Shown: positions 17,693 to 27,774, numbered from the stretch's first letter. The stretch is 64,000 nt of DNA from Myxococcota bacterium (GCA_963674735.2 CAXXQS010000002.1:832001-896000); one strand, 5' to 3'. Notes: a model not told the origin generated them from the sequence alone. Program-made: numbers and translations.

Positions 17693-18472
17693 ATGTCGTA
17701 TTCGGAGACCGGAACTACAAACAGCCAGCAGCCGGAGGCCATTAAACGGCCGACGACGAAGGCGGAACGGGATCGACTGATCATCGATTTCGCTCCGTTG
17801 GTTAAACGCACGGCTTACCGCATCGCCTCGCGCCTGCCCGACAGCATCCAGGTGGACGACCTGATTTCCATCGGCACTGTCGGGTTGATCGATGCGGTGG
17901 ACAAGTTCAACCCCGAAAAGGGCAAAGGCTTCCGCGCCTACGCCGAACTGCGTATCAAGGGCGCCATCCTCGATGAATTGCGCGGCTACGACAACCTCTC
18001 ACGCGCCAACCGTCGCCGCGCCAACGAACTGGGCCAAGCCGTTCAGGAACTTGAACACAAACTCGGCCGTTCTCCCCGCGACGAGGAAATCGCCGAAATC
18101 CTCGACATCGACATGGAGGAACTCCACGGCATCCGCTCGGCCACCCGTTCGCTGGTCTTTCTGGATATCGACGAACTGACCTACGTGACGGAATCCGAAC
18201 CCGATTCGAACAGTTCGGGACACAACGCCAGTTTGGATTTCGAACCCTTCCGCGCTCTCTCGGCGAAAACCCTGAAAGAAAATCTGGCCGACTGCATCGA
18301 CCGCCTGCCTGAAAAGCTCAAGCTGGTTCTATCGCTGTATTATTTTTCCGAATTGAATTACAAGGAAATCGGAGCCGTGCTCGACCTCTCGGAATCGCGC
18401 ATCTCGCAACTGCACACCAAGGCGATTCTCAAGCTGCGTAAGATGTTCAAAAGCCAAGATACCGAAATCTGA
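17693..18472 (+). CDS. fliA: RNA polymerase sigma-28 factor
   Basis: DDLISIG..GL.DA..KF, YA..RI.GA.LDELR and SESRISQLH motifs. Confidence 0.96.
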   Translation: MSYSETGTTNSQQPEAIKRPTTKAERDRLIIDFAPLVKRTAYRIASRLPDSIQVDDLISIGTVGLIDAVDKFNPEKGKGFRAYAELRIKGAILDELRGYDNLSRANRRRANELGQAVQELEHKLGRSPRDEEIAEILDIDMEELHGIRSATRSLVFLDIDELTYVTESEPDSNSSGHNASLDFEPFRALSAKTLKENLADCIDRLPEKLKLVLSLYYFSELNYKEIGAVLDLSESRISQLHTKAILKLRKMFKSQDTEI

Positions 18473-18478
18473 CCCCTG

Positions 18479-20149
18479 CTAAAAACGACTGCGCGTCTCC
18501 TCGTCCTCGGCCAGTTGACCTTTTTTACGCAGGTGTTTTTCGTAGCCGCGCTTGATACGCCGCCGCAACAGCAACCAACCCACCAGCAGCAACACCGACA
18601 GCAACCGCCAATCCAGTTCGGGCAATCCCCATCCGTCTTCGTCTTCGCCGCGTGCGTAGGCTGCCTGTGCGAAATTGTCGGGAAGGGGCTCACCCATGGC
18701 CACAACGCGCGGCGGCGGATCGAATGCGGGATCGAGGTCTTCCACGCAACGACCGTTTCGGCACACGCGGCCGGTCGTACAGACCGATTCCCGGCAGGGA
18801 TCGTCGAGTTGCGGAGCACTCAAGGTGGCGCGGATGAAGGGCAAAAGCCCGTCGCTGTCCACCTCTTCGATGGCCACGCCGGTGGGACGTCCGGAGTAGG
18901 CATTGGACGAAAAGGTGACGTGGGAGGGCGACAAACGCAGGCCGCGCGGGGCCGGAAGCAGCGCATCGCCGCTACGGAAAAAGTCGGCGGGATCCTCCCG
19001 CTTCAAGCGATACTGCAGATCGAAACGCCGATCGGCCTGCACCTGCATCAGAAACGGTCGCCAACGACGACAGTTGGGACAATCGAGGACGGTACGGATG
19101 AAGCCGTGTTCGCCCGCGGTCGGCAGACGGTCGAGATTGACATGCAAAACGGACAACCCCGGCGCGCCGATCTGACGATCGTAGGGCCCGATCGGCTGGC
19201 GGTTTTCGACGAGAAAATATTCGCGGCCCGATCCCAGCTTGAACGCCTTGCCCCTGGCCGTGGGCGGAATCAAGCGGGTCTGCGTGCCGGAAATCGCTTC
19301 GACGTCCAGCCAGCCGATCTGCATGCGCGAGAAGGCATCGAGCAGCGGCACGGCGCGCGCGTCGTACTTCCACGAACCCATGGCCGAGTAGGGCAGGCCC
19401 TCGGTCACGCGCCATTCGTCGTAAAGATCGGCGAAGCCCAAAAGGTGGCCGTATTCGTGAATCGCCATGGGCAAGGCGCGCCGCCCGGAACTCAAGGCCG
19501 CCATATTCACCTTCACCCCGTCGAATTCGAGCGTGAAGCGCGCATCGAAAATACCGAACGGCAGGGCGACGCCGAACCACCCGCCGTTCATCACGATCAC
19601 CACGCCGTCGCACCAGCCGTCGGGACGTCCGGCCGGACCGTTGCGGTCGTAGTCGGCGAAATCGAGGTCGTTTTCCGCAACCGCGCGGCGCATCACCTCC
19701 TGCACCAGCGGAATACCGTAAGCCAGAGCCGTGAAATCGCGTCGCGTCGGGGTGCAGGTATCGGACGAAACCGGCAAGGGACAGCGGCGAAAGACCACCG
19801 GCGGCACCACGTCGGCGGTGACGACGAAACGTCCGCCCGAGTTGAGACGCCAGAAACCGGGGAAGCTGAGACGCTCGTCACGCGCGCGCGAGTCGGGGTT
19901 GGAATCGACGAAAAAACGACGAATGCGCGGCAGGTCGGGCGGCGGCAGGCGGCGCGCATCGAGTTGCACGGGGATCACCAGAATATGGCTGTGACCCCGA
20001 TGCGGCGCTTTCGCCGGGCCCACATCGTCGCGGCGCGCGAAGTGGTCCACGAAACCCGCATCAGCGGGAGACGGAAAAAGCGGCGACGTTGCGAGAAACA
20101 ACGCCGCCGCCCAGATGATCGTTCGGAGAAGAATCGTGCTGCGCATCAT
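18479..20149 (-). CDS. M6 family (immune inhibitor A-like) metalloprotease with a C-terminal membrane anchor
   Basis: Signal peptide ending ADA; HEYGHLLGFADLYD, SAMGSW and EYFLVENR; short Cys motif, then a TM segment and basic tail. Confidence 0.88.
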   Translation of the reverse strand: MMRSTILLRTIIWAAALFLATSPLFPSPADAGFVDHFARRDDVGPAKAPHRGHSHILVIPVQLDARRLPPPDLPRIRRFFVDSNPDSRARDERLSFPGFWRLNSGGRFVVTADVVPPVVFRRCPLPVSSDTCTPTRRDFTALAYGIPLVQEVMRRAVAENDLDFADYDRNGPAGRPDGWCDGVVIVMNGGWFGVALPFGIFDARFTLEFDGVKVNMAALSSGRRALPMAIHEYGHLLGFADLYDEWRVTEGLPYSAMGSWKYDARAVPLLDAFSRMQIGWLDVEAISGTQTRLIPPTARGKAFKLGSGREYFLVENRQPIGPYDRQIGAPGLSVLHVNLDRLPTAGEHGFIRTVLDCPNCRRWRPFLMQVQADRRFDLQYRLKREDPADFFRSGDALLPAPRGLRLSPSHVTFSSNAYSGRPTGVAIEEVDSDGLLPFIRATLSAPQLDDPCRESVCTTGRVCRNGRCVEDLDPAFDPPPRVVAMGEPLPDNFAQAAYARGEDEDGWGLPELDWRLLSVLLLVGWLLLRRRIKRGYEKHLRKKGQLAEDEETRSRF

Positions 20150-20179
20150 GGTGCCTCCACCCGCCGAGCGGGGGTCGTC

Positions 20180-21682
20180 TCAGACGGTCGGATCGACCAG
20201 TTCCAGCAGCGTGGCGACGCCCACACCGGAGCCGCCCTTGGGCAGGTGGCCCACTTCGCCGGTATGGAAAGCCGGACCCGCAATGTCCAGATGCGCCCAG
20301 CGGCCCGTCTCGACGAACTCCTGCAAAAACAATCCGGCCGTAATCGCGCCGCCCCAACGACTGCCGACGTTTTTCAGGTCGGCGATGGGCGATTTTAAAA
20401 GCGGTTTCAGGCGTTTGTTGAGTGGTAAGCGCCACGCATCTTCACCCGCGCGGTCGAACGCGCCGTTTAGTTGGTCGGCGGTTTCGTCATCCGAGGCGAA
20501 CAACCCCACCGTTTCTTCGCCCAGCGCCACCACGCAAGCGCCCGTCAAAGTCGCCAGATCGACGGTCAGTTCGGGTTTGAAGCTCATGGCGTAGGTGAGG
20601 GCGTCGGCGAGCGTCAGGCGGCCTTCGGCGTCGGTGTTCATCACCTCGACCGTTTTGCCGTTCATGCCGGTAAACACATCCCCCACGCGATACGCGCCGG
20701 AGCCGATCATGTTTTCGCAGGCGGCCACGATGCCGATGACCTTGCGTTTCACACCCAGGCGAGCGATGGCGGTCATGGCGCCCAGAACGGCCGCCGATCC
20801 GGCCATATCGCACTTCATGGTTTCCATGCCGCTCGACGGCTTGAGCGAGTAGCCGCCCGAATCATACATCAAACCCTTGCCCACCAGCACGATGGGCTTG
20901 CCCTTGGCGCCCGCCGGGGCATGGGTGAAGGTCAGCAGGCGCGGCGGAATTTTGGAGCCACGCGCCACCGCCATGAACAACCCCATTTTGCGCCGCGCGA
21001 TCTGTTTTTCGTTTTCCACCTTGCAGGTGAAGCCGTAAAGCTTGGCCAGCGCTTTGGCCCGCTCGGCGTACTCCAGCGGCGTCATCGTTTCGGCGGGTTC
21101 GTTGACCAGGTCGCGGGCGATGTTGATGCCTTCGCCGATGATCTGGCCGCGTTCGATGGCCTTTTTCGCCGCCGCCGGGGCCAGGGCCTTGGAGCCGTCA
21201 CCAAAGAAGGTGAGGCGCGTCAGGTCGGCTTTGGCCAGATTCTTGCGGTCTTTCGTGATGTACCGATCGAAGCGATAGGCGGCGCAGGTGGCCCCCTGGG
21301 AAAGCTTGGACAACACCCGTTTGGGGTCGAGGCCGTCGGGGAAATCGACCAGCAGGCCCAGTTGTTTCACCGCCGGGGAGCGCAGCGTTTTGAGCGCCTT
21401 GTGCATCAGATCCCACAGATCCTCCGCCGTCAGCGCCTTGCCGTCTCCCAGGCCCCACAACACCACGCGCCCCACCTTGAGGCGTCCCAGCGTCGGCAGA
21501 ACGAAAGCCGATCCGGCCTTCGCCTCGAAGCCGTCCGCCTTGGCCAGCTTGATCAGTTTCTTTTTGAACGACGCGTCGAGCGCCTTCACCAGCGCCGACT
21601 TGGTCCAGTCGGACGTCACCGGCACCATCAAGGCATCGCCGCCGAACGCCAGCGGGTTGGCTCTGCTGTAGCTCATCTGCAT
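20180..21682 (-). CDS. pepA: Leucyl aminopeptidase (M17)
   Basis: VGKG..YDSGG.SLK, MKCDMAG, NTDAEGRL and WAHLDIAG motifs. Confidence 0.96.
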   Translation of the reverse strand: MQMSYSRANPLAFGGDALMVPVTSDWTKSALVKALDASFKKKLIKLAKADGFEAKAGSAFVLPTLGRLKVGRVVLWGLGDGKALTAEDLWDLMHKALKTLRSPAVKQLGLLVDFPDGLDPKRVLSKLSQGATCAAYRFDRYITKDRKNLAKADLTRLTFFGDGSKALAPAAAKKAIERGQIIGEGINIARDLVNEPAETMTPLEYAERAKALAKLYGFTCKVENEKQIARRKMGLFMAVARGSKIPPRLLTFTHAPAGAKGKPIVLVGKGLMYDSGGYSLKPSSGMETMKCDMAGSAAVLGAMTAIARLGVKRKVIGIVAACENMIGSGAYRVGDVFTGMNGKTVEVMNTDAEGRLTLADALTYAMSFKPELTVDLATLTGACVVALGEETVGLFASDDETADQLNGAFDRAGEDAWRLPLNKRLKPLLKSPIADLKNVGSRWGGAITAGLFLQEFVETGRWAHLDIAGPAFHTGEVGHLPKGGSGVGVATLLELVDPTV

Positions 21683-21806
21683 CTATGACCTCTCTTTCAT
21701 TGATTGACCGAATCAATATGCGTCATCTTCATGTGCCTTCAACCTTAACCAAGGCTCGACGCTTTCGCAAACGTTTTCGCCGATTTCCCGGTATACACGA
21801 GGTTTC

Positions 21807-21835
21807 TTGACACGCGATTCCAATCCCGCTAACCT
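21807..21835 (+). promoter_or_regulatory. Putative sigma-70 promoter for the CoA ligase
   Basis: TTGACA-N17-TAACCT. Confidence 0.55.
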
Positions 21836-21925
21836 GATAGATGACGCGCAGTCGATTCGACAATATGAGGGAAACGATTCGGAACCGCATCCGGAGAGGT
21901 GCGAGTTTGCCCAAAGGAGACGCCC

Positions 21926-23647
21926 ATGCCGCAACGGGGAATCGAAGAACAAGGCCTGGACCGCGAGACCATCGATAATCTCAGCGCTGCGCAGCGCATG
22001 CCGGGGCTTTCGCCCGCAGATCTGAAGCTGACCAACTTCGATCGTCTCTGGATCGATCGTGTCGCCGATCACGGCGACCGCCCCTACCTCACGTTCATCG
22101 ATGACGACGCGGGTATCGAACGGCGCTACAACTACGCCGAATTCAACGCGAAAATCAACCGCGCCGCCAACATTCTGCAGAACAATCTAGGCGTCAGACG
22201 CGGCGACCGGGTCGGCACCATGATGGTGGCCGATGACGACACAGTGGCCCTGTATTTCGCCTGCTGGAAAATCGGCGCGGCCGTCGCGCCCGTCAATGTG
22301 TCGGAAGACGACAACCGCATCGCCTTTACCTTTGAAAACGCCGAAGTCAAGGTGGTGGCCGTTCTGGCCTCCTATCTGCCGCGCCTGCAAAGCCTGCGGA
22401 ACCGGATTCCGACCCTCAACCACATCCTGGTGATGGGCGGCGGCGCTGCGGGCGACCACCTGCACGATTATAACTTTCTCGCCAAAAACGCGTCCGATAT
22501 TTTCGTCCCGGCCGAAAAAGCCGAGCCGGAAGACGAAGCGCTTCTCATTTACACCTCCGGCACCACGGGAAATCCCAAGGGCGTGGTCATGGGCCAGCGC
22601 AACCTGATGGTCGATCCCGACGCCATCGCCCGCTGGCACGGCGTGGACGGCGGCACCACCATGATGTGTGTCTTGCCCATCCACCATGTCAACGGCATCG
22701 TGGTCACCCTGCTCACGCCCTTCTGGGCGGGCGGGTCGACCGTTTTGAACCGACGCTTCACCAGCCGCGGTTTCTGGGAGAAAGTGGCGCGCGAAAAGGT
22801 GCAGATCGTCTCGGTGGTCCCCACCCTGCTGCAGTTCCTTTACGAAGCGCAGGCCGACTTGTCGCAACTCGACCTCTCGGGCTTTCGGCATTTCATCTGC
22901 GGAGCGGGCACCCTGGCGGTGAGCGTCGCCAAAAACTTCGAAGAGCGTTTCGGCTTCCGCGTCATTCACGGCTACGGACTCTCCGAAACCACCTGCTACG
23001 ACTGCTTTCTGCCCGTCGATCTCAGCGACGCGGAACACGCCCATTGGATGCGCGATCACGGCTACCCCTCCATCGGCTGCCCGGTTCACGCCAACGAAAT
23101 GGCCATCCACGACGAACAGGGCCGGGCCCTCGAACCGGGCGAGCGCGGCGAAATCGTGGTGCGCGGGCCGCTGGTGATGAAGTACTACCACAAACGCCCC
23201 GACGCCAACCGCGAAACCTTCAAACACGGCTGGTTCCGTTCGGGCGACGAAGGCTTCCATCTGATCGATGAAAAAGGCCGCCGCTTTTTCTTCATCACCG
23301 GACGCATAAAAGAGCTGATCATTCGCGGCGGCGTCAACCTGTCGCCTTTCGAAATCGAAGAAATCCTCAACGAGATGCCGGGCGTGAAAACCGGTTTGGC
23401 GGTGGCGTTCCTCAATGATTATTACAGCGAAGAGGTGGGCGCCTATGTGGTGGTCGAGGAAGGCGCCACGCTGAGTGAAGACGACATCATCCGTTATTGC
23501 ATGGAGCGCCTGCCCTGGCCCAAAGTCCCCAAGGTAATCAAGTTCGGCACGGAGGTGCCCGTCACCTCCACCGGCAAATACCAGCGTTTGAAGTTGAAAA
23601 GCCTGTTCGACGGCTACTCCTCGGTGCAGTTTAAAAAACCGAAATAA
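21926..23647 (+). CDS. AMP-dependent acyl-CoA synthetase (class I adenylate-forming enzyme)
   Basis: YTSGTTGNPKG, GYGLSE, WFRSGD, GRIKELIIRGG and TGK. AAGGAG precedes ATG 21926. Confidence 0.93.
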   Translation: MPQRGIEEQGLDRETIDNLSAAQRMPGLSPADLKLTNFDRLWIDRVADHGDRPYLTFIDDDAGIERRYNYAEFNAKINRAANILQNNLGVRRGDRVGTMMVADDDTVALYFACWKIGAAVAPVNVSEDDNRIAFTFENAEVKVVAVLASYLPRLQSLRNRIPTLNHILVMGGGAAGDHLHDYNFLAKNASDIFVPAEKAEPEDEALLIYTSGTTGNPKGVVMGQRNLMVDPDAIARWHGVDGGTTMMCVLPIHHVNGIVVTLLTPFWAGGSTVLNRRFTSRGFWEKVAREKVQIVSVVPTLLQFLYEAQADLSQLDLSGFRHFICGAGTLAVSVAKNFEERFGFRVIHGYGLSETTCYDCFLPVDLSDAEHAHWMRDHGYPSIGCPVHANEMAIHDEQGRALEPGERGEIVVRGPLVMKYYHKRPDANRETFKHGWFRSGDEGFHLIDEKGRRFFFITGRIKELIIRGGVNLSPFEIEEILNEMPGVKTGLAVAFLNDYYSEEVGAYVVVEEGATLSEDDIIRYCMERLPWPKVPKVIKFGTEVPVTSTGKYQRLKLKSLFDGYSSVQFKKPK

Positions 23648-23689
23648 GCGTTTCCGCGCTTCGCGAGCCTATGACCGGCTCTATCGAGC

Positions 23690-24310
23690 TTGGAGCCCGT
23701 ATTTCGCGAAGCGACATTTATCGAAGGCTCCCTCGATACGCCGTTTTCCAAACGGCCTCTCGGGATGCGCGATTCATGCTTCATTGCGTCGATATGAATA
23801 GGCCATCCTACTATTTTCTGCCATATTTTGGCTGATCGCCCCTCTTCCACCCCGTGTTCGCCGACGGGGCCGGGCGGTGGAAAAAGCGCGAGGACTGTCT
23901 GAGCCGGACTTAGTCCGGCGAGTTCCGCAGCGCCCGCCGAACGGTCACGGGGACGTTGGAAAACGGCCGAGGCGAACCCCGGGCGTCCTTTCTTTCGGTT
24001 CCCTTTCTTTGGACGCGCAAAGAAAGGGGACAAAACGAATCGCATCAACGAGTGCAATCTCGGGAGCCCGTCGGAGACGCGCTCCAGCACGGGGCAAAAC
24101 AAATGGAACCCGTCGGGAGATACGCTCCAGCGTGAAAGATGAATGTCAAATTGTATGGGTTTCAGAAAAGTAGGATGGGCAACTCGTTGCCCATCTTTCG
24201 GGCAACGGCGAAATCATATCCGCAATATGAAACATAATCCGCTCATCCCGAGTAGCCGTTTGCAAAACGGTGTATCGAGGGAGCCGTCGAACCAATTTCG
24301 CTACGCGAAA
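23690..24310. repeat. Composite intergenic repeat cluster with long imperfect terminal inverted repeats
   Basis: 23702-23785 pairs with 24225-24310. The interior has a multi-hairpin element (23838-24032), two GGAGCCCGTC units (24063-24088, 24104-24131) and a GTAG REP (24170-24195). Confidence 0.8.
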
Positions 24311-24339
24311 TCATTCAGGCTTTGCGGGGGGATACGCCA

Positions 24340-25188
24340 TCATCCTATCGTTACGTCCCCGATGTTGGCGCGCGTCTCCCGGCAGACTTGCACGGCGGCG
24401 CGCACGAAGTTGGCGGCGTTGAAATGGAAGGTGCAGAACAGGCTGGTTCGCCAGTCCTCGCGAATGCCGAGTTGCCGCATGATGGCGGCGGGGGAGTCCA
24501 TCCCGTTTTCCACGAGGGGACGGATGCGACCGACCCAGTCCTCCAGGAACTGCAGCTTGGCACGCAGGTGGGCCGGGCCCTCGTGCAACTGCGGCCGATG
24601 GGCACAGAAGAGGGACTCGAAATCGTAGCGGAGGACGCGGCGCAGGCTGGCGATCATGTCGCCCAGGTTTTCATCCACCCGCATGAAGCGCTGGTGATCG
24701 CCCAGGTAGAGGTCGCCCGAAAACAGCCAGCCCCGTTCGCGCACGAGGTAGGCGGTGTGGTCGGGACTATGGCCGGGGGTGGCGATGGGCTCGAAGGTCA
24801 GTCCGTTCAGGCTGAACGGCTGCGACAGCGGTTTGGCGGAAAAGGGAGCAAACGCGCCCCACACCCAATGTTGATAGGGTCTGAGACGCAGCCGGGTCTG
24901 CAGCCGGGCGACGGTGTCCGCCCCCGCCCAAACGGGAAGACCCGTCCGTTTCTGTAGCGCCCCGGCGTTCCCGGCATGGTCTTCGTGGTGGTGCGTGAGC
25001 AGCAAGGCCTCGGGCTTCTGCGTCATCGCCCAAGCGAGATAGGCGCGCTGTTGATGGGGCTGGCTGCTGTCGATCAGCACGCCGCCGGCCGCATAGGCGA
25101 AGACCGTCATCAGCGGACGCCCCACCGGACCGAAGCCCAGTTCGATGGCTTTTACATCGCCGAAATCGTGCAGGCGTCGAGTACGCAT
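24340..25188 (-). CDS. MBL-fold metallo-hydrolase
   Basis: THHHEDHAG, TPGHSPDH, LFSGD and CAH motifs. Confidence 0.92.
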   Translation of the reverse strand: MRTRRLHDFGDVKAIELGFGPVGRPLMTVFAYAAGGVLIDSSQPHQQRAYLAWAMTQKPEALLLTHHHEDHAGNAGALQKRTGLPVWAGADTVARLQTRLRLRPYQHWVWGAFAPFSAKPLSQPFSLNGLTFEPIATPGHSPDHTAYLVRERGWLFSGDLYLGDHQRFMRVDENLGDMIASLRRVLRYDFESLFCAHRPQLHEGPAHLRAKLQFLEDWVGRIRPLVENGMDSPAAIMRQLGIREDWRTSLFCTFHFNAANFVRAAVQVCRETRANIGDVTIG

Positions 25189-25190
25189 CC

Positions 25191-27185
25191 TTATTTATAC
25201 ACGACCGGGTGACTGTTGAGGCGGCGCGCCTGAGCCAGAGCTTCGTCCCCGCTTCCGTAGAAGACGTACACGCGCCAGAAATCCCCGTTTTCGGGATCGG
25301 CGGTTTCGTCGATCAACTGCACCACCGGCTCGTCGGCGGTGACGCCGATGCGCGGAGCCAGATGCACCTGGCGGCAGTCCTTGATCAGCCAGGTATCGTC
25401 GCCCAGCGCGATCAGGCCGTTGGCCAGGGGCAGGTAGATTTCAGGCTTTTGAAAGGTAAAATCGCTGAAGGCATATTCCACGAGCGTTCCGTCCATCAGC
25501 GCCGGAGAGTACGCGATGAGATCCTCGCTGCGCGGGAACGAAAGCGTGACCTTGGCATTTTCGGCCTCTTTTCCGGTGGGATCGGAGCTGGGCCCGAAGG
25601 TCAGCTGGGCTTCGTAAAGCGTGTCGTCGTACGTGAACCAGTCGAGCGTGGCCGTGCGGCTGGGCGCATCGACCGTCACCGCCAGCGGTGCCTCCGCCGC
25701 GTCGGGGGCTTCGGGCAGGGGGATGTCGTCGAGACGTTCGGCCGTCCCCGCTTCGAGATCGATCAGGGCGTGCGGCCAATCGAGCGCCGTCAGCAGATCG
25801 GCCTGAACCCCCTCGATCAGCGCCAGCGCGGCGGCGTTGTTGTCGACGCCGTAGTTGAACTCGCCGTGCCAGGGCGTGATGCCGGTGGCGTCGGAGACCA
25901 TCGACATCAGCAGGTGACGCGCGGCCTGGTCCAGATCGGTCTGGGCGGTGGCGCTGTCGAGCGCGGCGGTTTCGGCGGCGGCCAGCAGCGCTTCGGCGGC
26001 GGCCAGTTCGGTGGACACGCGGTAGTTTCCGCTGCGGATCAGGTTGTCGCGTTCGTGGTTGTTGTAAGGCGCGAGCGAACGCCCGCCCATCCAGCGCAGC
26101 ACGGAATCGGTGCTGGTGGGCTGCCAGGTGCCGTCGATCACCGGCGGGAGTTGGGGTTGCTCGATCTCTTGCGCCTTGAGGTGGCGCACGTAATCGGCGA
26201 TACCGGTGATCTTGAAGCCGTCTTCTTCGAGCGCCGTAAGCTTCGCTTCATACTCCACCAGCCGTTCCGGGTCGTGGCCGCCCAAAAACGCGAAGTAGGG
26301 ATCTTCGGGAACCATCAGCAGCTCGCCGTCGTCGAAAAACGGCCAGTTGACTTCGATGCCGGAGTCCGGGTCGACGCCGATGGGTCCGACCACCACATCC
26401 ACGCCCTTGTCGGTATAATAGGGCCACACCGCCTCTTCAAAGCGCACGTAGCGGTACAGGTTTTTGGGAAAGACGCTGATCCCGTAACATTCATCGGCCA
26501 TCAGCGCATGCTTGCCTTCGCCGGCCTGCCCCTCCTGGTTGAACACGACCTTCGACAGCGGGACGTCGTAGTCGGCAAACAGTTGCTTGGTGATGGCGAT
26601 CGAGCGGTGCAGATCCCGCTCGGGGAAAGCCACGAAAAGCTGGTCGGACCAATGGAAGCTGACCACCTCCACCTGACCGCTCTTGGCGGCGTCACGCAGT
26701 TTCGAAAGAATCTCGGGATGACGTTCGTGCATGGCTTCGAGCATCATCGACTGCATTTCGAAGGTGACGCGCCAGCCGGGATGGGCGATGTAGAAATCGA
26801 GCACCGGCTCGAAGGTTTCGACGATGATCCAGTCCTGCACCTTTTCGTCGGTCCAGCCGACACACAGGGAACCGCACATGGGCATGGATTCGCCATCCCA
26901 GGTGGTTTCGAGTCCGCCCGCGACGTACTGCACGTTGAAATGGAACATGGTCAGCGCGAATTTCTTCTGTTCCAAATCGGGCTCGTCCATGGGGACGTCC
27001 GCGAAAACAGCACAGACATCGGGTTCGTCGCCGTCGGGTTCGTCACCATCCGGTTCGTCGTTGTCACCGTCGGCGGGTTGATCCACGTCGCCATCGACAT
27101 TCGTCGTATCGGAATCGCCGCAGGCCACCAGCCCCGCCACCATCAAAAACAGAATCCAGATCATCCATGGTTTCGCTATGCGCAT
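25191..27185 (-). CDS. Lipoprotein with a DGD linker and a GH57-like catalytic domain
   Basis: Lipobox LVAC and DGD repeats; HFNVQ...EPVL...HP...MLE...HPEIL..LR....GQVEV follows the GH57 N-terminal pattern, with NQE and DGE as candidate catalytic motifs. Family call is inferred. Confidence 0.6.
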   Translation of the reverse strand: MRIAKPWMIWILFLMVAGLVACGDSDTTNVDGDVDQPADGDNDEPDGDEPDGDEPDVCAVFADVPMDEPDLEQKKFALTMFHFNVQYVAGGLETTWDGESMPMCGSLCVGWTDEKVQDWIIVETFEPVLDFYIAHPGWRVTFEMQSMMLEAMHERHPEILSKLRDAAKSGQVEVVSFHWSDQLFVAFPERDLHRSIAITKQLFADYDVPLSKVVFNQEGQAGEGKHALMADECYGISVFPKNLYRYVRFEEAVWPYYTDKGVDVVVGPIGVDPDSGIEVNWPFFDDGELLMVPEDPYFAFLGGHDPERLVEYEAKLTALEEDGFKITGIADYVRHLKAQEIEQPQLPPVIDGTWQPTSTDSVLRWMGGRSLAPYNNHERDNLIRSGNYRVSTELAAAEALLAAAETAALDSATAQTDLDQAARHLLMSMVSDATGITPWHGEFNYGVDNNAAALALIEGVQADLLTALDWPHALIDLEAGTAERLDDIPLPEAPDAAEAPLAVTVDAPSRTATLDWFTYDDTLYEAQLTFGPSSDPTGKEAENAKVTLSFPRSEDLIAYSPALMDGTLVEYAFSDFTFQKPEIYLPLANGLIALGDDTWLIKDCRQVHLAPRIGVTADEPVVQLIDETADPENGDFWRVYVFYGSGDEALAQARRLNSHPVVYK

Positions 27186-27235
27186 GAGAAACTCCCGATC
27201 TAAACGGATAAAGATGCGTCATCTGTCTGACAAGC

Positions 27236-27262
27236 AAACGCCCCCTTGGGTAAAGGGGGCGG
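27236..27262 (-). terminator. Putative terminator after the YqeY gene
   Basis: CGCCCCCTT...AAGGGGGCG stem. Confidence 0.5.
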
Positions 27263-27284
27263 GATCAAGCTTGTATGGTAAAAA

Positions 27285-27743
27285 TCAACTCCCCAGCAGT
27301 TCGGTGGCCAGCGTCTTGACAAGCTGGGCATCCACCTTGCCCTTGTGGTCCTTCATGATCGCGCCCATCAGGCGGCCGATCTGCTTGTCATCGGCGATGC
27401 CCAACTCGGTGATCTTCGCCGAAACCAATTGGCGCGTCTGGTCGGCGTCCATCAGCTGCGGCAGAAACTGCTTGAGATAGTCGACTTCATAGCGGATCTG
27501 CGCAATCTTGTCCGCCCCGCGCGGACCGACTTTTTCGAATTCCACCCGAGCTTTTTCCTGCTGCTTGACGTAAGCGGCGATCACGGCCAGGGCGGCTTCA
27601 TCCGTCAGGGTGGGGTCGCCTTTTTCGGCCATTTTTTTCTGAAAGCCGGTTTTGACCATGCGCAACAGGGCCACTTCCTGGGCTTCCTTGCGCTTCATCG
27701 CGCTTTTGAGCCGGTCGTTGAATTCGTTGATCAAAGGCATCAC
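27285..27743 (-). CDS. GatB/YqeY domain protein
   Basis: LK.AMK.K, LR, E...L..FLPQ, IG..MG..M and GK.D pattern; about 150 aa. Confidence 0.92.
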   Translation of the reverse strand: MMPLINEFNDRLKSAMKRKEAQEVALLRMVKTGFQKKMAEKGDPTLTDEAALAVIAAYVKQQEKARVEFEKVGPRGADKIAQIRYEVDYLKQFLPQLMDADQTRQLVSAKITELGIADDKQIGRLMGAIMKDHKGKVDAQLVKTLATELLGS

Positions 27744-27774
27744 TTGGGGTCTCCTCTTGCCCGCCGTTCCGGGC

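Noticed and set aside
25209-27203. 664 aa ORF antisense to the GH57-like lipoprotein (also 18515-20398, 20471-21688, 7780-9147, 45358-46665 and similar)
   Set aside because: Shadow frames of high-GC genes: no motifs, and the opposite strand has clear family signatures.
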